Shown here one piece after another: positions 63,301-64,000 of a stretch of DNA of 64,000 bases; within the stretch, counting starts at the first letter, position 1; each line of letters starts with the position of its first letter. Location: assembly GCA_018819225.1 (NCBI GenBank), contig JAHJQN010000001.1, positions 70,527 to 134,526 on the forward strand. Reading direction: 5' to 3'. Below the pieces are notes generated by a model, which ran no database searches, had not been told where the DNA came from, and saw only the letters and a program-made list of their open reading frames with translations. This stretch comes from Candidatus Micrarchaeota archaeon. GTDB lineage: Archaea; Micrarchaeota; Micrarchaeia; Norongarragalinales; SBBD01. Both the position numbers and the translations under genes were made by a program.

Positions 63301-64000
63301 TATTGTAGTACGTTCGGTTCGCGGTAATCGATACGTTGAAGAAGCCGACGTTGAAACCCGTCGTGTTGATCGTGCAGTTGTACGTGCCGTCGCTTTCATC
63401 CGATACCGGAGTGCATTCATTATTCGAGGCCACTTTCTGAGCCGTCAGGTTTACGGTTGAGCCGGGAACGGGTGCGGAACATTCATCCGTGACATTTGCG
63501 CTCAGCGTCACGTTCGAACCAACTAAGTATTCATCGGCATTGATGGGTGAGACCATGACGAGATGCATGGAAGCATGGACGGTGGTGTTGAAAGCAGAAC
63601 CGTTTGCGTCCTGGTAACAACTGTCGGCAATTCCTCCGGTCCACGCTTGTTTCGTTGGAGCGTAGGAACACGATGGATCGAAGGAAACATTGAAATGACC
63701 GGTCGTGTTCGTGGTCCCGTTGTTGCCGCCATCGTAACCGCTTCCGTCCGTGGAAACCCAAATCGTGGCGTTGGTACCGGGTTGGACTACGGTGTTGTTT
63801 TCCAAATCAAGTGCGCGCAGGATGAGAAGCGTGGAATTCGAGCCGCTGCGGTTGACGTCGCTGCCGTTTCCAAACGTGTAGTTAATTCCGACCAGACTTT
63901 CCGTGAAGTTCGGCCCTTGCACCACGGAAGTATTGAACGAGTTGGCGGACTCGAAATCAATAATCTCGAACTTGAAGTAGTTATCCGTACCAATCTCTCC
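51383..64000 (-). CDS. Giant (>4,200 aa) surface repeat protein fused via one TM helix to a C-terminal HerA/FtsK-type (DUF87-like) ATPase; 5' end lies outside the window
   Basis: The frame stays open from 63925 to 64000 (GEIGTDNYFKFEIID...). ~325-aa GGWGE repeats, Ig-like domains, a CGNGVCE..GE...NC..DC motif, TM PLTYALIALLLLAIVG plus RRAYKAYRRRQRK, then THSIAAGGTGSGKS (Walker A), IIYDEVH (Walker B) and REFRKWGIGIFLISQ. Confidence 0.93.
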   Translation of the reverse strand, partial: GEIGTDNYFKFEIIDFESANSFNTSVVQGPNFTESLVGINYTFGNGSDVNRSGSNSTLLILRALDLENNTVVQPGTNATIWVSTDGSGYDGGNNGTTNTTGHFNVSFDPSCSYAPTKQAWTGGIADSCYQDANGSAFNTTVHASMHLVMVSPINADEYLVGSNVTLSANVTDECSAPVPGSTVNLTAQKVASNNECTPVSDESDGTYNCTINTTGFNVGFFNVSITANRTYYNNESNVSVNAFFLETTPVLSNPNVTPSNGGWGETFNYSVLVSDNDGDNVTVYLWERNRTGQSWSNLYSTTLSGINQTVSFTKVFGSCSFYQNENAREFLWNVTEDDIWNDTTAAINYSLEADEIYFELETGGNVSIYRPGGDARSLTVQIWDSDTDPDSSLGAGFEGYIHLTEDGENFSATQVAYTNSSGHMRYIFNPSCDYSVGNQTWLAELIQPAGGCYVAGNSTNNTYNITTALTINITNPHYERFFRGQDILLKANVTDECPNPVTGLATVMNATGGSNYICSSVNDSGDGTYNCTIPAASTNTMATGPYNVTFQGAKTFYNTTVALKNTAFNLTAVPVLTNPTVSPSTDGWGARYVFNVTVIDIEGDDVTVYLWKRVSFGSWALLNQTTQTFSGLETVSFYNRFTCTDIGGNDFKFNASDINNNTNETTNVSFTITPDLPRIDFSQGAGGDAIVREGNDTKFLEVQVYDLDLAAYVGTGVNVSFWATTDNVNYDNGNITTTDGSAFANLNFDPSCIHQSMAQKWVAGTLNNSCYQDANTSTTFPITVVGQLLINVTQPDFNTTIPVGNQQVIKVNITDECLIPRQNASTQIFLRSPGDAEEECSPIANESTGQYNCTWDTSQHQGGAWDIHSNATEANYYSNSTFFLDWLNLVNTPPSIGNYTVSPSLGGWSETFTYEADVNDTQFDNVTCRLFVTTNNGTLWQDRGTDLIVSGVGRCQVNVTNYACGEIGDDNVWLFQFEDGTNTDNSSNQTGFEVEANDINVSYENVGNDTDVNRTGSNSTPLILRVYNIDNSSWATSGVNGTFWVTSDGSSFESNTNQTNSSGHLYLDYEPTCDYSEGAQVWIGGVNNDACYKAANTTENYSTRVWGHLTNSISSPIGTSVTQGNNVSMLAQVADDCGQDVVGANVRFDSYHEGSSQNTTCSPIEEVGSGAYNCSQWTSNLSANWWTTVFNGSKAFFNNGSTTQTHAFFVETAPVLSNASSIKDLGGWGERWFFNVIVTDDDADQVFVRLWTRDIGAPSWTEQNSTTINNPTNENVSLSTQIYTCADMGDMEFYFTASDNHSYSVNTSELNFTLEQDDARIDFYSLDNSKVYRNGSADTADVALRFYDNDTNTTVGLGENATIWVTYDNGTTWDNGSLTGTLSDGWVNYSFDPSCTYTIGTQYLRGGSDHNTCYKNANVSNITLQVWSDLRPEITFPNGNGYLQGDLIVIKTQVRDDCTGLVENATPAMKVVQYQGLGGPKTCSNFSNAGGTYNCTWDSTLQPREWYNATFNISKSFYSSNGTIDPYAFFVGTAPGLSEYRINSTTGGWTAGWGEAYLFSVRVTDFDQNTNNVSLWKSDDNASWNLIEMQQVFNPIQTQVNFVHRFECADLGYNYFKINTTDPFNFTDETEIYSLNFERDDVVITPMGDSNTSIRRIANNSAYMRFTFYDSDNVTYPNGSIGNFWISKDGGNLTVNYTCATSEGNCTVNFDPSCDYNAARQVWIGGSDDSCYKGVNTTNQTLDVYGQLYSNFNPLIQGNYTNRQANFTFNSTINDECSQPVLAANTTWYNETGLVLAQGQNTTWEVPALYKRGLTTVNLTSNNSYYDQGVNSSSLTVFGWSQVGYIAPPNGSSYIAGQTVTVECRIQDNNTNSYISSYQVQFWKDLQWQQTSSTDGNGSASWLWSTTTDTPGYHNVSCNMTGDAAKYYNVSNPENSTLILINRDFIIDSYTINPTTIYRNDTYSPHEANFTVHVKDALATAVGANVSLYNATPILVGFCITDNDGYCSILHNVTDTTTPGNYTFYLNASDTNASDSATNTTWLVIQGVLISNITAPLNGTSYGKDETMDLIASVWDENGNTPATLITWFNETGAVGSGTPLSLPLLTQLTGVRNFTIQSSLSYYDSGNDTVQVEIFGLSNVQVEYPPDASQHPYPNNVTFTCRVTDSESGDGVSNYNVSFYSNFTAGYNVIGNATTNSTGQASVNFTPSQKGDATLRCIIFDDAEKFYSAFQNESIVNINILDLVPPQFTNASIIPNSSLEANLNITNITVVVTDDTAIDYVFTRIGLPNGTTEDVNMTHDGNNTYFVEYLPYNDGLHNATIWAFDQPPESNSNYTFAGNFSVWGQTNATLHINPLAVTATGVTQDNGYAFDLLVNYTVTGPVASNYTNLTVADDSSSEIAYNESLKDCGRVEPNVTCYWAVHVTILPGTPPKLIRITTNATWMNADITQISISNSTDVIVSSNPRIGLQPRGINATPQHGAITQLGNLSVRSYGNDQLLGVFTDTIGGNLSTACPGCSLIMFPTSTDSLPAGSNMSIDVNVSVPSGQTPGLYWTYIQVNSSNDGTNLSLINLDIPSNGSWISSPLTFGNISVSPNTSGTIGNITIQNIGNIDVDLVFYKQGDLQDLTIVPPAIDLGKQVSANITVTYVIPAGRTPGLYSGQISIQSTNGTPTERTIPITLNVSDIPPIITNVTATPPSFEVTDGNTTITANITDNFVVSGAWIYVVAQDLSTTNTTMTGVGSIYNASYISSIAGIHQMQVCANDSAGLVTCSNVSNLTIADTTNFSIGTNVTFIQIANVTQSGSGSAPLNISLINTGYARAYNVSANLSSTTSNLSASPFWLHYATILANGTGYNNTVAVISNGTAPGNYTLNLTANWTNRNASIAQNYSLLIVEVLSNPVLNISEESISMTISSSDQDTTNMTLASVGNANISTINFTCASGTVCSDFSYAFSPNSISSLPAGTNTRVNITISVPFAYATGVYTGIIFANSTSNTSDQINISITVPSNVSWTQSPSSFNSRVIAGTSNILGELTLTNIGNNVVLLDLLSSNLSTYVSFNVSNILLSPGQTGVVQVNYSAPNVTAYSIYIGTVYTQNSTAIPPTRSSAVNLTVHPYYVNITQPSQLNPLTNVDFGENVSVRVNVSYANVVLTQNVSFNLSLVSGTTYPITLSSSSYVSSIGLWELNFTAPNLPTGVSYDINVTANDSSRSLARSDAEMDALVYTDEIKPTIAFILETLVIANFTAPIQVNATDTGGIANVTGNLTYPNATVVSLTYALAYSSGDSYYYDSNYSDTSREGIYSVSATTCDVSGNCNSTTGSFEVRAAAYFSGIAYDEESNSKPVIALDWKLHNKTEIDFYNLSGSVIYNFSANSTGHYNRTVFVNTYGIIATGVNTMVGFNGSLINQNVHDPVKFGHIPSERIGAGAIFGTTIETKLNYTNRIGLSLNYSGYSGFFEPNLGLYTCSNYTQFSGCGSNWSRVGGNLNSSGTSVWMLTNNLSEGYALAEYVCGNGVCETTYGESTSNCALDCGVLNVTVTPTAVATVVPGGGGPGGGVVSEGETGTAPPGAGTNVSGPGSGTTPPTLQAPLEVRSTLLYVILQPGESEVHSMDLINNLAEDMQAQITVEGGIVPYLSLSNVSLSVGAGTVEVVHVTVFAPEDAEPDIYTGDILIRMGDYSHRTPVTLKIESVREPTLEVKARALTKTVTPGNELKAEVSFINRGETSLVDNVVAVYEVLSLDDETSIVSETETLSVRDVITRLVALEIPVNAPPGKYVIQARATYFDGRKQSSAADSFDLVTVPFTALVVETVISSPLTYALIALLLLAIVGRRAYKAYRRRQRKVTRYIMPLDFKKLPQPGPRSIVTGKIAETDVKSYVEMERLTTHSIAAGGTGSGKSVSAQVIAEEMLMRKLPIVVFDPTAQWTGFIRPNKDKGMLSLYPNFGLRPEDARGFKVNIIDVTDPNMDINIPEHFKPGEMTVFVMNKLRPEQLDSLVRRSIDSIFHSNPKESRELKAMIIYDEVHRLLPKYGGKGAYTSIERGCREFRKWGIGIFLISQVLLDFKGAVRANIASEIQLRTRYEGDIGRVKTKYGAEYADRVTKLTVGTGLYQNAEYNDGKPWFVSFRPLLHSTFSLTEEEIKQFTTIRLQIEDARKQLAELKSHGVDTYDVELELNIASDKLKQGLTRMAQNYLESVNARIKGMTRR

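Noticed and set aside
63923-63925. ORF-track start of the 4,180-aa protein
   Set aside because: The frame is open to position 64000, begins mid-repeat and has no signal peptide, so the true start is outside the window.
39589-64000. Periodic repeats considered as a CRISPR array or DNA-level tandem repeats
   Set aside because: The periodicity is at protein level (about 650 and 970 bp) with diverged codons inside open frames. There are no identical short repeats with spacers and no cas genes.

Overview
Gene-dense archaeal chromosomal segment. TATA-like boxes, an intron-containing tRNA-Gln, a LonB-type ATPase and two geranylgeranyl reductases support an archaeal origin; a DPANN lineage such as Micrarchaeota is my inference from gene style and is unverified. 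About half of the window encodes large cell-surface proteins. Left (1-10.4 kb): two paralogous membrane-anchored surface proteins, one of about 2,900 aa with a Cys-rich insert, flanking tRNA-Gln(CTG) and a degenerate riboflavin-synthase-like gene. Middle (10.4-36 kb): a protease-less Lon ATPase, purA-purC-purE (PAICS-like), double-domain ThyX, a class II ribonucleotide reductase with two LAGLIDADG inteins, PduO, two GGR-family reductases, a K+ channel and a secreted heparinase II/III-like protein. Right (36-64 kb): the best candidate for a novel system. A co-oriented cluster encodes (i) a >4,200-aa repeat-built extracellular protein fused through one TM helix to a cytoplasmic HerA/FtsK-type ATPase, (ii) an RHH-like regulator, (iii) a 1,030-aa coiled-coil protein, (iv) a 208-aa secreted subunit, (v) a 2,390-aa adhesin-like protein whose C-terminal domain is a copy of that subunit, and (vi) a CWB2-like membrane anchor. 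Small TM/coiled-coil genes converge on this cluster. All family assignments come from motif recognition by eye; no database searches were run.
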